A stretch of 63,817 nt of DNA, counting the filler, from Octopus bimaculoides (taxonomy: Eukaryota): assembly GCF_001194135.2 (NCBI RefSeq). It is 8 parts of 7 records of this genome, joined end to end, with 100 filler letters (N's around TTAATTAATTAA, not from the genome) between each part and the next. Parts side by side here need not be neighbours in the genome. Positions count along the whole stretch, not along the records: positions 32,893 to 55,284 come from NC_069002.1; 7 more parts are not named here. One strand, given 5' to 3'. The notes under the pieces were generated by a model. The model worked only from the letters and a program-made list of their open reading frames with translations, did not search any database and was not told the origin of the DNA. The position numbers were made by a program, and so were the translations under genes. Below, in pieces: positions 38,628 through 52,330 of this stretch. Each line of letters starts with the position of its first letter. The first letter of the stretch is position 1.

Positions 38628-39660
38628 TCATTTAACGTCTGTTTTCCATGCTGACATGGGTTGGACGACTTGACAGGGGCTGGCAAGGCCAGGCTCTGCA
38701 CTAGGTTCCATAGACTATTTTGGTTAGGTTTCTAGAGCTGGATGCCTTCATGCTGCCAACCACTTTACAGAGTCTACTAGTTGCTTTTTGTGTAGTATCA
38801 GCACCAGTGCTCTTTATGTGGCACTGACCGCAACACCAATGTTTTTTACATGGTACCTTGGTTTTATGATATCAGTTCTGCTATGGTGGGCAGGTGCTCT
38901 TGGGTACAGTTATGCCCCACAAATCTTGGTCCTCTGTCATCTTCTTTATAAGGTTCAGCATTTTGAGATCCATTACTATCCCATCCCATGTCTTCCTGGA
39001 TCTTCCTCTTCCACAACTTCCCTCAATTTTAAGTGATTAGCATTTTTTTATGCAAATGTTCTCATCCATCTGCATCACATGACCAAATCAGTGCAGTCTC
39101 CTTTCTTGCACACTGCATATACTTTCTCTTATGCCTAACCTTTCTCTCAATACACTAGTGCTCTGTTGCAAATGTACATTGACATTGCACATACAACAGA
39201 GCATACCAGCTTCATTCCTCTTTTGTCTCAGGCAGCGAGCTGGCAGAAACATTAGCACACCGAGTGAAATGCTTAGTAGTATTTCGTCTGTCTTTATGCT
39301 CTGAGTTCAAATTCCGTCGAGGTCATCTTTGCTTTTCATTCTTTTGGGATCGATAAATTAAGTACCAGTTGTGTACTGGGGTTAATCTAATCGACTGGAC
39401 CCCTCCCTCTTGTGCCTAGAGTAGAACACCCCCCCCCAAAAAAAATTCCACTTTTGTCTTCACATGTCCTTTGCATTCAGAGCCCATGTCTAACTACCAT
39501 GTAGCATTTCTGTTCAAATCCATGCATCATACGATCTTCTTTCCACTTGGAGAGAGAGAGATCTTTGGTTGCTAACAATGCTCTCTGATCTTTCTCCATC
39601 CTACACTTTCTGCACAATCTCCTCCACTGCTAATTAGGTCACCTAGTTAGCAAAAATTAT
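38628..39660 (-). mobile_element. RTE-clade LINE 3' fragment, interrupted by a SINE at 39228-39425
   Basis: Minus translation KRNEAGMLCCMCNV...LREKLGI...VQERRLHWFGHVMQMDE, followed by 3' UTR and GAT tail. Confidence 0.75.
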
Positions 39661-39885
39661 CTACAATTTCCAGAGAACCACAGGTACATTTGAAAAAATC
39701 AGTTCCCTGTGTATTTCTCATATCTTTCACATACAAACACTACTTCCTCTGTTAACCTTCCTAATATTCTGCCTACACCCTTCCTACATATCAAGCAGAG
39801 TCTTTAACTAGAAAGGTGAAGGTTTCTGTCCAATTTCTTGCTTACTAGAACCTTGGTCTTTGCTAAGTTAACTCATATATCTTAC

Positions 39886-39919
<34 letters not shown>

Positions 39920-40676
39920 ATTTGTGTAAAAGAAAATACAGGAGGATCAGTTAATTATGATTTTATTCAACATATTCCCCTTTCAGATTCACACACTTAT
40001 TCCAGTGGGCCTTCAGTTTTTCTAAGCTCTGTAATAGAACTAGGAAGGTTGGGCCTCCAACCAGGCCCTCCCTGATACCCTTAAAGCCAGGAACTTTTCA
40101 AAACCTCTTTGTGTGTAAATATATATGCAGGCCCTGGAAATTTTGGAGAGGTAGCAATCAAGCATATAAACTGCAGTACATACCTGTTACTTTATTAATT
40201 ATGAAAGGATGACAAAGTTAAACATTACAGAATTTGAACTCCAAACACAAAAGCTGGAAACAGTAACTTATTTTGTCTAATAATCTAATGAATCTAACAA
40301 TGCACTCGTCTCATAATCATTTCTGATACAGGACCAAGACCAGATATATTTGGAGTTGGTGGTTGGGCAAGTGAATTATATTGAGCTCAGGAATAAAAGA
40401 ATAACATATTTTATCAACTTTGAAACAATAAAATGCAGATTCGATCTTAGTAGGGTTTGAACTCCGAATGAAATGAATTGCAACAAAAGTTACAAGGAGT
40501 TTTGCTCAACAGTTCAAGGATTCTTCAAATCTACATAAGTCATAATTATTTTGAATTTAAGCCCAGAATATAATTAGCCAGAACAAATAACACCTCAGTA
40601 CATTTAATCCTAAGCTCAAACATTTCTGTCAACCTTATAACAGATTAAGAAATAAATCAAAATTGCAATAACTTAC

Positions 40677-40832
40677 ACCAATATCTTCAATGCAAGACTC
40701 CAAAGATGTCGCAAAATGTTCCTTGACAATATCTTTACATACTTTACCAGACTTCTTTGATGTTATAAATGTTTCACATATCTGGGTTGCATTGAATTTT
40801 GTTATGCCTGATGGAGTGGGCCATACTGGTTC
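40677..40832 (-). CDS. VWDE: VWDE-like gene, exon 8
   Basis: ttttag|GAA...GGT|gtaagt; EPVWPTPSGITKFNATQICE...VCKDIV...SCIEDIG, containing the WPTPSG motif characteristic of VWDE; phase 0 to 0. Confidence 0.93.
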
Positions 40833-41530
40833 CTAAAAATATAAATAACATTTACTTTAAATGAAAACTATTGAAAATCACTCAACAAATCTTAGTTCCT
40901 TCATTTTATATGTAAAACAGACAATAGAACACAGCAAAAGAGAGGTGAATTTTTCACTTTTTACACAAGGTAAATCGTAAAGATAATCTTTCTAATAATA
41001 CTATCCTTTAGATTATTTTACAGAATTCTCTAACTGGAATTGACTCAGCCACAGTCTAAGACTATAACCAACAAATGAATAAAAAAAATTAGACTAAAGC
41101 TACAACTCCAGTTATCCAAACTGATTTCATCTCATTTTTATCCTGCTTTATTCAAATCTGTATCCAATGAAAAGTCTTCAAAGGTAGAATATACATTTAC
41201 TACTAATATTACTTCCTGGTTTATTAAAGCTCACTGACAAGACATGAGTTCAGTTTTGAGAAACCAGACTTCTTCCAGTGCTTATTTGGTATTTTCACAT
41301 ATGTTGTAGGTGATTTCTCAGATTGGTTTAACTCTCTTCCATATCTATCATATCTAATATTATGACTAACTGGCATCATATTGAATATTCTAACATTGTT
41401 AGAATATTTAATGAAGTCTTTTAGCTATCATGTCCAAAATTTGATCAGCTGGAATGTGGTATGTCCAGTACACATATATTAAAATCTTATTCATGTGTGT
41501 GTGTGTGTGTGTGCATGTGTGTGTATGAGC

Positions 41531-41561
<31 letters not shown>

Positions 41562-41569
41562 AATATATC

Positions 41570-41780
41570 AGGGTTCTGCAAGGTGTAGTCATGAAAGACT
41601 TCAAAAAACGTCTGGACAGCATTTTATTTGCAATTCCGGATGAACCCACACCATGGCAGGAGGCACAAAGAAGGGCAGCAATGTCCAACATGCTACTTCA
41701 CCAGAAGCAATACTGGAAAAGTCCCCGGATGCAGTAAAGGCGGTGCACTAGTATGGCCTCAGCCGATGACTGAAACCCAT
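41570..41780 (+). mobile_element. CR1-group LINE 3' end
   Basis: FKKRLDSILFAIPDEPTP...RAAMSNMLLHQ (end of RT ORF), then tail taaaggcggtgcactagtatggcctcagccgatgactgaaac. Confidence 0.65.
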
Positions 41781-42021
41781 TACAGATAAAATATATAATA
41801 TCTATATATATATATATATATATNNNNNNNNNNNNNNNNNNNNNNNNNNNNNNNNNNNNNNNNNNNNNNNNNNNNNNNNNNNNNNNNNNNNNNNNNNNNN
41901 NNNNNNNNNNNNNNNNNNNNNNNNNNNNNNNNNNNNNNNNNNNNNNNNNNNNNNNNNNNNNNNNNNNNNNNNNNNNNNNNNNNNNNNNNNNNNNNNNNNN
42001 NNNNNNNNNNNNNNNNNNNNN

Positions 42022-42061
<40 letters not shown>

Positions 42062-42251
42062 CAGTGGATCATATATCTGAAAAAGAAGCACACTCTAAAT
42101 TCTAGTGCAGTAATGTTATAAGGCTAAGAGCCTTATGGATGTGAAACCAGTGGTCACTCTATGACCAGATATAAAATTAACTCCTTGTAAGTAAATATCT
42201 ATATATACACATACACACATGCATATACATATATATATATATATACACACA

Positions 42252-42324
<73 letters not shown>

Positions 42325-42763
42325 TATATATATATATATACCACAAAATTCTGGAACAATTACAACACAATTTGACATCACTTTATGATCGTTGGGGACT
42401 TTAGTGAAACCAGTCCATTGCAATTATTTAGGCCAGTGTCCAGCATGAAATGAATTTTCTTCCTTTCTTATTTTCAGTCTTGAACTCAGTGGAAAATGAT
42501 GTGAGCACTGGCCACTCTCTGTAAACTGCTACAAAACCTAAGTTTCAGGAATTCTACAGCTGTAAGAATCAAGGTTTTATATTTCCATTTTCATGCAATA
42601 TTTAGATGCAACATTTTTATTATGTTTGATTTACAACTGGCACCAAAGGAATCTAAAAGAACTTACACCAATACAAAGTTAAAATGTAAACCGTTTTAAG
42701 ATATTTTGAAAGAAATGTTTCATCTTCAATAATATTTCAAGACTGATAATGGAAAATACTTAC

Positions 42764-42870
42764 CAGTGGTTCGTAGTTAATATCAAAAGTGAAATTGACT
42801 GGTGGCACATCTACAACGCATTTCATAGGAGTGAATTTACTTTCCAATAATAGATCTGTTATATCAGTCC
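42764..42870 (-). CDS. VWDE: VWDE-like gene, exon 7
   Basis: tttcag|GG...CTG|gtaagt; (G)TDITDLLLESKFTPMKCVVDVPPVNFTFDINYEPL; phase 1 to 0. Confidence 0.88.
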
Positions 42871-43687
42871 CTGAAACATGTATGAAGTAAATGAATAAAT
42901 GTTTTAAAAAGAAATACCTTTTGAGAAAAATGCAGATGAGAAGTTGGGAAAAATATGTAATATGATGTCAAAAAATAAAAAGATGCTTTTTAAATATTTA
43001 CATCGTGCAATGCTTCAAGCAAATCATATTACATTTTTATATTTTCAATAGAAATATTATTGATTTATTGGTATATTTCAAAGAAATTCATAAAACACAA
43101 ATTGAAATAACATTTCATATTCCATTCTCTCTCTCTCTCTCTCTCTCTTCCCCTATATATATGTGTGTGTGTGTGTATGTGATATGTGTATGCCCTCAAT
43201 CTTGGCAAAGAGTTTGACCAAAGCACACACCAATGCACCCATGTACACATACACACACCACAATATAGGCTGTCTCCCATCACCACCACCACCCCAACAC
43301 ATATCCCTTCACACACATTGTACCCCACCACACGCACACACAAACACATTACATACCACACGCTAACATAAAAACCTTATCCTTTACAGAAAGAAAACAA
43401 ACCAACGAACACAGCTCTATATACCTACACCCCGGAAAAAATTATGCATATGACACCACTACACGTACCACATTAATTATGCACACTTTCTCCACTTTAG
43501 GATAATTGATACTGGCCTCACAGCATACCCAACTAAGGGACATAACTCCTAACCTAATCCCCTAGCCCTTTTTCATTGCAGCACATTTTTCACAGCAGCC
43601 ATTGACTGGTTAATCCACCTCCAGCTATAGAGAGCAGTCACCATATTCCCTTCCATATTGGCTAACTCTGACGAGTATACTCTTTTA

Positions 43688-43888
43688 CTCTTTTACTTGT
43701 TTCAGTCATTTGACTGTGGCCATGCTGGAGCACTGCCTTTAGTCGAGCAAATCGACCCCGGGACTTATTCTTTGCAAGCCTAGTAGTTATTCTATTGGTC
43801 GCTTTTGCCAAACCGCTAAGTTACGGGGACATAAGCACCCCAGCATCAGTTGTCAAGCAATGCTAGGGGGACAAACACAGACACACAA

Positions 43889-43937
<49 letters not shown>

Positions 43938-43995
43938 CTTCTTTCAGTTTCCGTCTACCAAATCCACTCACAAGGCTTTGGTCGGCCCGAGGCTA
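43688..43995 (-). repeat. SINE family A
   Basis: Reverse complement of 53170-53475, including the tail cttttactcttttacttgtttcagtcatttgac. Confidence 0.9.
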
Positions 43996-44102
43996 TAATA
44001 TAAAATATATGTAATAATAGTATTTTTATAAGCTTATAAGAATACTATTATTATCATTTACAGAATTGCAGAATTGTAAAAATCGACACTGCTTAACAAA
44101 AA

Positions 44103-44140
<38 letters not shown>

Positions 44141-44647
44141 CTCTTTTTTACTCTTTTACTGGTTTCAGTCATTTGAAAGAAATGAAGCTAGCATGCTCTG
44201 TCAGTGCAACGTCAGTGTACATGTATGGCAGACAAACTGACAGACAGACAGATAGATATGGACACACTCATGTTTTGGGATTCAGGCCAATTGTATGACA
44301 GCTTGGGCAAGTTCTTCTACCATAGCACTAGCCTACCAAAGCTTTATAACTGAATTTGTTTGGTGGAAACTGTGTAGAAGACAGTCATGTGTGTATATGT
44401 CTTCTCAGTGTGTTTGTTTAGATGTTTGCTTTATAAATGGACTGAACTTTTAAAACTATGTTTTGTCCATGAAGATGGCAGACTTGTTTTCATAGAAAAT
44501 CATAATTCTTAACATTTGTTGGGTTATAACTGAGTAATGTAATGTTGGTAGCAGCAAACTATTTACTTATTGGCATAATGACCTTCTCCAAGATACAGCA
44601 ATATTTACTTATCTATTATGTCATAAGTGGAAATACTGCATATTTAC

Positions 44648-44823
44648 CTTTCTTCTTTTTGATGTTTCTGTCACATTTGAAAATGTATTTATCTTTGCTA
44701 CAGCTTTCATTCATATTATTTGCACAATTGCAATAAATATCAGTTGGTTTTTCTTCTTCTTTTCCTTCTTCATCAGAATCTTCTGGACAGTATCCATTGT
44801 AGAGGGTGTCTTCAAGTTTGACT
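44648..44823 (-). CDS. VWDE: VWDE-like gene, exon 6
   Basis: ctaaag|A...AAAG|gtaaat; (R)VKLEDTLYNGYCPEDSDEEGKEEEKPTDIYCNC...CSKDKYIFKCDRNIKKKK; phase 2 to 1. Confidence 0.88.
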
Positions 44824-44984
44824 CTTTAGTGCAACAAAAATTTAAGAAATATTACAACAGAAACAAACATTGTATATAATTTATATAATTTGTGGGTTTG
44901 AATTAATTCCTTTGCTACTGGGAAATAAGAGATTTATTTGTCTCAGACGATGACTTAGTCCCAAAACAGATTAATTTTCTACCT

Positions 44985-45171
44985 TAGGTGCAGGTATAGC
45001 TGTGTGGCAAGAAGTTTGCTTCTCAACTGCATGGTACTGGGTTCAGTCCCACTGTGTGGCACCTCGGGCAAGTGTCTTCTACTATAGCCTCAGGCTGACC
45101 AAAGCCTTGTGAGTGGATTTGGTAGACGGAAATTGAAAAAAGCCTGCCGTGTATATATGTATATGTATGTA

Positions 45172-45212
<41 letters not shown>

Positions 45213-45418
45213 CTTTGTGTTTGTCCCCTACCACTGCTTGATAACCAGTTTGGTGTGTTTACATCCTAGTAGCTTGGCTGTTCAGCAAAAAGAACTGATA
45301 GATTATGTACCAGGCTTAAAAAAAAGGAAAACGTCTTGAGCTCGATTTGTTTGACTACAAATCCCTCAAGGCTGTGCCCCAGCATGGCCATTGTCAAATG
45401 ACAGAAACAAGTAGGAAT
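44985..45418 (+). repeat. SINE family A, full length, diverged
   Basis: Matches 53086-53478 with an internal (TG)n run. Confidence 0.85.
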
Positions 45419-45609
45419 ATTCTTTGAAATTGCATAAGTGGAATGTTACAATAAAATTACACCTGTGTATGTGTGTTGTTATTATTGGTGCAATGACCCT
45501 CCCAAGGCAGAGCAAAATTACTGTAAAAGCAAAGGATTGTTACTGTAGTAGCAATGGAAATATTTTTTCAGGGGATTCAGTGATTGAATTGTAAAACAGT
45601 GTCTTATAC

Positions 45610-45703
45610 CTCCAGCTGAGAGAAAATGCTTTCCTGCTGAGGAGTTTTCCTTCTTCATTGACAAAGTCATCGCTTTTTTTGCCATCAAATGTTCCGCACA
45701 GTC
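45610..45703 (-). CDS. VWDE: VWDE-like gene, exon 5 (VWD GLCG motif)
   Basis: tttcag|GA...GGAG|gtataa; (G)LCGTFDGKKSDDFVNEEGKLLSRKAFSLSW; phase 1 to 2. Confidence 0.95.
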
Positions 45704-45889
45704 CTGAAAATAAATAAATAGATAAATAACTAAATGAATGAATGAATAAATAACTAGATAGATAAATAGCCAGACAAACAATCGGGTGGATGGGTGGATT
45801 GATAGAAAGATAAATGGATGGGTTGTTAGATGATTTATTAGTAAGATGGTTGAATAGGGACAGCATAAGCAGTATGATGAAGAGAAGTG

Positions 45890-45925
<36 letters not shown>

Positions 45926-46026
45926 TAGGGGACAGTAAGTAGCAAAAGACTGAAAGTGATGGACAATGGTGAATATTGATAATGAATGAAAGGAGCAGCA
46001 ACAATGGAAGGGAGAGGGACTGAGAG

Positions 46027-46061
<35 letters not shown>

Positions 46062-46149
46062 GTAACAGAGAGAGGGTGAGAGGAAAATATGGTTACTAAT
46101 AAAGAAGAGAAACAGAATAAGGGCAAATCTAATGTGATGTCATTCCTCA

Positions 46150-46545
46150 GAACATAGGCACCATGATGAGAGAAAGAGAGAGAGAGAGTAGAAAGAGAGA
46201 GTGCGAAAGTAGAGAGAGAGAGTGAAAGTAGAGAGAGAGAGGGGGGAAATTAGAGAGAAGGAAAGTGATGAAAGTAGAGAGAAAAGATTGAGAGAGTGAA
46301 AATGAAAGAGGAGAAAGTAGAGAGAGAGAGTGAAAGTAGAGAGAGAGGGTGAAAGTAGAGAGGGAGTGAGTGAAAGTAGAGAGAGAGAGAGAGAAAGTGA
46401 AAGTAGAGAGAGAGGGTGAAAGTAGAGAGAGAGAGAGGGAAAATTAGAGAGAAGGAAAGTGATGAGTGAAAGCAGAGAGAGAGAAAACATTGAGAGTGAA
46501 AATGAAAGAGGAGAAAGAGAGAAATGGAAGTGAAAGTAAAGAGGC
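46150..46545. repeat. Purine-rich minisatellite (gtgaaagtagagagag units) with a higher-order duplication
   Basis: Repeated units; aaattagagagaaggaaagtgatg...gagtgaaaatgaaagaggagaaag occurs at about 46246 and 46441. Confidence 0.8.
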
Positions 46546-47167
46546 AAAAATTGATAGGATAGGGGTGAGTGTTAGGGGAGAAATAGCAATGAAGATCTGA
46601 GAAACAATATACAGTAAGTTAACAAAAATATAAAGGTCGAGAGAGATGCTAATACAGTTGCTATACATTTTAATCTCTATTGCAATCATTAATTCTATAT
46701 CTAGTCTACCTTTCTGTAGGTGTATAGGTGGGTGCATGTGTGTGTGGTGTGTATATTGAGTTGTAACAAAGTTCTTTTGTACAAAGCCATTAACACTCTT
46801 CCCAAATTTCCCCTCCCCCTCACTCTACTGCTCAAGACTCGGCCTTCCAACACAACACCACATCTGCTACTACAATATTAGTCCTTTCTTCCTTTTACCA
46901 GGTATCTGTGTATGATTTGAGAAAATTTGGCTGCTACTTCTAGCAACTTCGGTAACCACATGAAAGCTAGCATGCTAGTTTGAGGAATAAGTAGATTTCA
47001 TGCATTGATAGATGTCACTTCTATTGTTGTAAGCTAAAAAAATCTATTTGTTATTAATTAAATAATTTAACAGCTATTTGCTTCACATTCTGTCCTACTT
47101 CAAGTCACTTTGAACAAGTGTCTTCTACTGTAGCCTCAGGCTGTGAGTGAGTGAGTGAGTAAGTGTG

Positions 47168-47223
<56 letters not shown>

Positions 47224-47574
47224 CACTTCTCCAAATATCAGAAGCATCAAGTCATGACATTGTTGCTGTATTCCTCACCAAGGGGCCACTTGTTGGTTCT
47301 GTGCTTTCAATGTGTGAATTAAAAATTTTCTTACAAAAAAAAACTGGTAACAGTTAGTAACAGGAAGAGCATCAAGCTGTAAAACAACGTCTCAATGATA
47401 CATTCATCTAACCCATGCTAGCATCGAAAAAAAGACGTAAAAACAAATCAAAATGCTTTCATTTAAGTAATTCGGTAGAAGTGTAGAAATGGTGGAGAAC
47501 TCAATGGAAAGAAAGTTAAAATGAATTTAAACTTAAAAATACAAATTATGCATATAAATGACATGGTTGCTCAC

Positions 47575-47689
47575 CAAGTGTTTTTTTGTTATCAAATGCA
47601 GAGGGATAAAGCCAAATGTTCATAAAATTATCTTTTTTCGTCCATGATCTGAATTTTACCAACAAATAAGCACCAGTTGGGAACTGGAT
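47575..47689 (-). CDS. VWDE: VWDE-like gene, exon 4 (VWD domain)
   Basis: tttcag|ATC...CTTG|gtgagc; IQFPTGAYLLVKFRSWTKKDNFMNIWLYPSAFDNKKTL; phase 0 to 1. Confidence 0.93.
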
Positions 47690-49543
47690 CTGAAAAATAA
47701 AGACAAATGGTATTTCTATTAATGATTTTGTTCGTTTGGGAGTATTTAATGAATACATTTCTTGCACATAATTTTTGTTAAAAAGAGTGAAAAAAAAAAA
47801 AAAAAAATTAAAGCAAAACAAAAATAGGAATACTGAGCCATGTTGGGGCATTACTTTGAAGAATTTTAGTTGATTGAATCAAACCAAGTAGTTAAGTTTT
47901 TTAAAGTCTGGTATTTATTCAATCAAAATCTTTTGCCAAGTTAACCACTAAGTTAGAAGGATGTAAACACATCAACACAGGGTGTTGAGCATTGGTGGGG
48001 CCATACACAGACACAAAGGCACAATGCGTGCATGCATGCATGCAGGCATATGTGTGTGTGTGTTTATATATATATATATATATCATCATCAGTTAATGTC
48101 CGCTTTCCATGCTGGCATGGGTTGGATGGTTTGACTGAGGACTGGTGAGCCTGATGGCTGCACCAGGCTCCAATCTGATCTGGCAGAGTTTCTTTTCAGT
48201 TTCGATCTGCCAAATCCACTCACAAGGCTTTGGTCAGCTCACAACTGTAGTAGAAAACACTTGCCCAATTTATCATGTAGTAGGACTGAACCTGGAACTG
48301 TGTTGTTCGAAAGCAAACTTCTTACCACACAGCCATACCAGACTGACAATGTCAAATAATTGTTTCCTTCTTCAGTGAAGTTATAGTAGAAGGTACTTGC
48401 CTAAGGTACCATACAGCAGAACTGAAATAACTGTGGAGTTGTGAACTTCATAACCAAAAGGTCATGATGGTACCTTCCTCCTCTTGAATTTAAGGTTTTT
48501 ATTCTTTTTTTTTTATTTCACTTGAGGTAAAATATAATAATAAAGAAATAAAGAGGAGACAGTGAGAGAATGTCTGTGCAATTCCACAATCTGTTAGAAA
48601 AGCCAAGTTGCTCTCAAAACCCACACCAATATCTGAAGAAAAGAAGGTATAATGTGGTATGGTGTTGTCCTCAANNNNNNNNNNNNNNNNNNNNNNNNNN
48701 NNNNNNNNNNNNNNNNNNNNNNNNNNNNNNNNNNNNNNNNNNNNNNNNNNNNNNNNNNNNNNNNNNNNNNNNNNNNNNNNNNNNNNNNNNNNNNNNNNNN
48801 NNNNNNNNNNNNNNNNNNNNNNNNNNNNNNNNNNNNNNNNNNNNNNNNNNNNNNNNNNNNNNNNNNNNNNNNNNNNNNNNNNNNNNNNNNNNNNNNNNNN
48901 NNNNNNNNNNNNNNNNNNNNNNNNNNNNNNNNNNNNNNNNNNNNNNNNNNNNNNNNNNNNNNNNNNNNNNNNNNNNNNNNNNNNNNNNNNNNNNNNNNNN
49001 NNNNNNNNNNNNNNNNNNNNNNNNNNNNNNNNNNNNNNNNNNNNNNNNNNNNNNNNNNNNNNNNNNNNNNNNNNNNNNNNNNNNNNNNNNNNNNNNNNNN
49101 NNNNNNNNNNNNNNNNNNNNNNNNNNNNNNNNNNNNNNNNNNNNNNNNNNNNNNNNNNNNNNNNNNNNNNCAGTTTCCGTCTACCAAATCTACTCACAAG
49201 GCTTTGGTCGGCCCGAGGCTATAGTAGAAGACACTTGCCCAAGGTGCCACACAATGGGACTGAACCCGGAACCATGTGTTTGGTAAGCAAGCTACTTACC
49301 ACACATAATTATTGATGATGATGAAGAGGAAGGGAGGGCAAGTGAAGGAGTATGGGCTGGAAGCCAAGTGATAGTGGAAGATAAGTGGCAGAAGAGTAGC
49401 AAATGGAGATATGAAGATCTGTTTAAACAGGAAATGGGCCGCAGCACTAAACTCAACATCTTTACATGAGGGACAAGGATCTGGAAAGAGTAGGAGGAGG
49501 TGTAGGATGAAGAAGGAGGAGGTGAAAGAGTAGAACGACTTAC

Positions 49544-49750
49544 TTTAAAATTTTTGCTGGAGATTCGGATCACTCGTGTTCCTGGTGTCAGTTTTCCATT
49601 AACATACATTTTTATTTTGAAGGGAGATGATTTTGAAGCTTTCCTATCTAAGCCGCATCCATCAATCAGAATGACATCGTCACCAGACAGTGCAGCAACA
49701 GCACAGTTGCAGGAAGCAGCACCAAAGCAACTTTTGTAGAATGCATGAAC
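49544..49750 (-). CDS. VWDE: VWDE-like gene, exon 3 (VWD domain)
   Basis: cttcag|GTT...AAA|gtaagt; VHAFYKSCFGAASCNCAVAALSGDDVILIDGC..., with the SCNC motif as in VWDE; phase 0 to 0. Confidence 0.95.
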
Positions 49751-50735
49751 CTGAAGAAGAAACAGTAGCAGATCATTAATATACATATATATCAAATACC
49801 ATGATGTATTAAAATTATTTCTGCCATTTAAATTCCATGGCTACTGGAAATAAGTTTGAATGATTTTCATACTGATGATGGCTACAGAGCCAAAAACAAA
49901 TGTCCACGACTATCCTCTTATCTCCAGACAATCAGTCAGTCTGTTTCCTTAATGGCGTGTTAACTATGAAGAATTTTTGATTCTTGAAACTATCTTATCT
50001 TTTCAAGTGGAGCTGGTCTTAAATGTAACTTGGTAATTATGATACAACTTTTAGAGGCAGAGGTAATTTCAATAAAGCAAGAATTTATAACAAAGGAATA
50101 ATATGTAAGGACTATTATTTATACTTTGTCTTATATATCACTCTGTGTAGAAAGCAGTTTGTCTGAAGCCCGTTCATGGATTCACTATATAGAATAGTGA
50201 TAGACCATAACCTTGGACCCTGTCATAAGAATACTGGGAGTTCTTCACTAATCTAAACAATGTTGTTAGCCTGGTGTGCAACAGAGAGCTTATGAAGTAT
50301 TTTGACCAGATGGATAATCCCCCAGTATCATATATATATATATATATATTGTTAACTATATACGTCCTTTGAAAACAAGGTGTACTGGTTGTCAATTAAG
50401 TGCTTTAGTATGAAATATATCTAAAATCTTAAAAGATNNNNNNNNNNTTTAGAGATTCATGTGGGTGGTTATATATGATGTATATGACACACACGCATGC
50501 ACACACATGCATGCAGACTCACACACTCGCATATATATGACATAAACTAAATGAAAACCACAGGGTGATCAGTGTTTCTCTACTTCTTGCAAGAACATAG
50601 CCTCATAAAGTAATGCCGTGTATCTGGAGAAAACAATTGAAATGCAAAGGCTATTGTTTAGACAAATGCATCAATTCTTAGTTGTTTTATGAGTAAAGAT
50701 AAACAAAATAGAAAGTTATTAAACAATGGCGTTAC

Positions 50736-50799
50736 CGCATAAGGCAAAGTTGTGTGCTTGTACAGAACAAATTCTCCTTCAAAAAAGTTGTTATAAGCT
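50736..50799 (-). CDS. VWDE: VWDE-like gene, exon 2 (VWD domain)
   Basis: tttcag|A...GCG|gtaacg; (K)AYNNFFEGEFVLYKHTTLPYA; phase 2 to 0. Confidence 0.93.
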
Positions 50800-50984
50800 C
50801 TGAAATGTGATGAAAAAGTAAAACGATTATCAAGACACAAGTAAACAGAATTCTTTTAAACGCAGGGATGACTCATTAGAGGTAGCCACTAGCTTTTGTT
50901 ACCCTAGAGATGTAATTAGCAAGGGAAGTAGTTATTCTGAAAATATGATAACCAGGTTGAGAAGAAGTTGAAAAGCTCAGGTGC

Positions 50985-52330
50985 CTTCTATTACTGATGC
51001 GTCCTGACCCTACCATCATCAAACTGGAACGCATTCTCTTCCGCTTTCGTGGAAAGGATGCATTCTGATGGTCTCAGGTGATCCGTTTGCTGCCAACACC
51101 CATTAAAAGGAGGGCTGGGCATGCCATGATTGATAATGTGCAGACACGCGTTGAGACATCTCTGGCTCAATGTAGACGATGGTGAACAGGTGTGGTTGCT
51201 GTTTGTGAGGTGCACTTTCCCGCAGCTCATCTCCATGACTGAACTGCAGTCATGGATCAAAAAGAGGCTGAAGAAGGGCGAATGGCATTGTGAGTGTCGC
51301 ATTGCTCTTGAGCAACTGTGCCATCCCAGGTTGACTTTGAGTGACTGCAACACAACCAAAGCATTCTATAGTGGATTAGTGGAGGGGAGGTACGATGACG
51401 ATCTCGGGGCAAACTTGGGCGTTGATGAGGAATACCTGACCCGCCTGTTCAAGACAACCTTCAGGCTGGGACCTATGGACAACTTCCAGAGATCCCTGGC
51501 CTGGCAGTGCTATCAAGATGCGCTACCCGTTTGGGATAAGCTCTACAGGCATGGCTCGAGAAACACGGGGCTGACCTGCCTGAGATGCGGTCAGAGCAAC
51601 GAAACCATTCTGCACGCACTTGTACAGTGTCCAACCATTTCCGACCTGTGGGCCTATGTCAAACGACTGCTATCGCATGTGGATGAGTCAGTTTATCAAC
51701 CAAGTCTATTGTGAATATTGTTGCACTTCATTCCTTGAAACGGGAAGGAAGAGCCATTTTCATTGTACTTGTGGCTATGGCAAAAGAATGTGTATGGTGG
51801 ACGTGTCTGAAAGGTCTAGAGACAAACACTTTCCTCTCTGGTCAATCTCACATCAACTTTTTCAAGTATCACTTGAGGAGGAAGGTGAGAGTAGAGAGGG
51901 AAGTTTTGTCCAGTGAATGTTTCAAAAAAAGATGGGTGAATGTAGCAAGGATGGCAGGTGTGAATGACGGAGCCACCTTGAGCATAACCCTATGAACCAG
52001 AAAAAGAAAGGAAAAAAGAGAGTCACTTACTGTAATGTGTTTTTGCATGACATTATTGCCCGAGGTTACCATGGTCTTTTCCATAGGCTTTTCTTTCCAT
52101 GGATAAACCTAATCTGTTTCCCACTTTACACTATGAAATTTCTGTGATACACGATCCCTATTGATTGGCTCCCCCACTTTTTTTCACGATTCCTTTTGAT
52201 CGAAATTCTACATCTCCCCTTTTTTCTTTCCTTCCCAAAAAGAAAAGCTCTACTTTGTATCTTGTCCCCTCTGTGTTTAGCCATGTGTAACCAGTAAAAA
52301 AGCTTATTACTTCTGCTGCAAAAAGCCATT
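50985..52330 (+). mobile_element. Tx1/L1-like LINE 3' fragment (zf-RVT region plus probable 3' UTR)
   Basis: FQRSLAWQCYQDALPVWDKLYRH...TCLRCGQSNETILHALVQCP (C-terminal zinc finger of L1/Tx1 ORF2), then AKECVWWT...KKRWV. The end of the UTR is approximate. Confidence 0.8.

Noticed and set aside
49866-49906. CTGATGA-TGGCT/AGCCA-AAAA...GTC
   Set aside because: G12 is missing and stem I does not pair.
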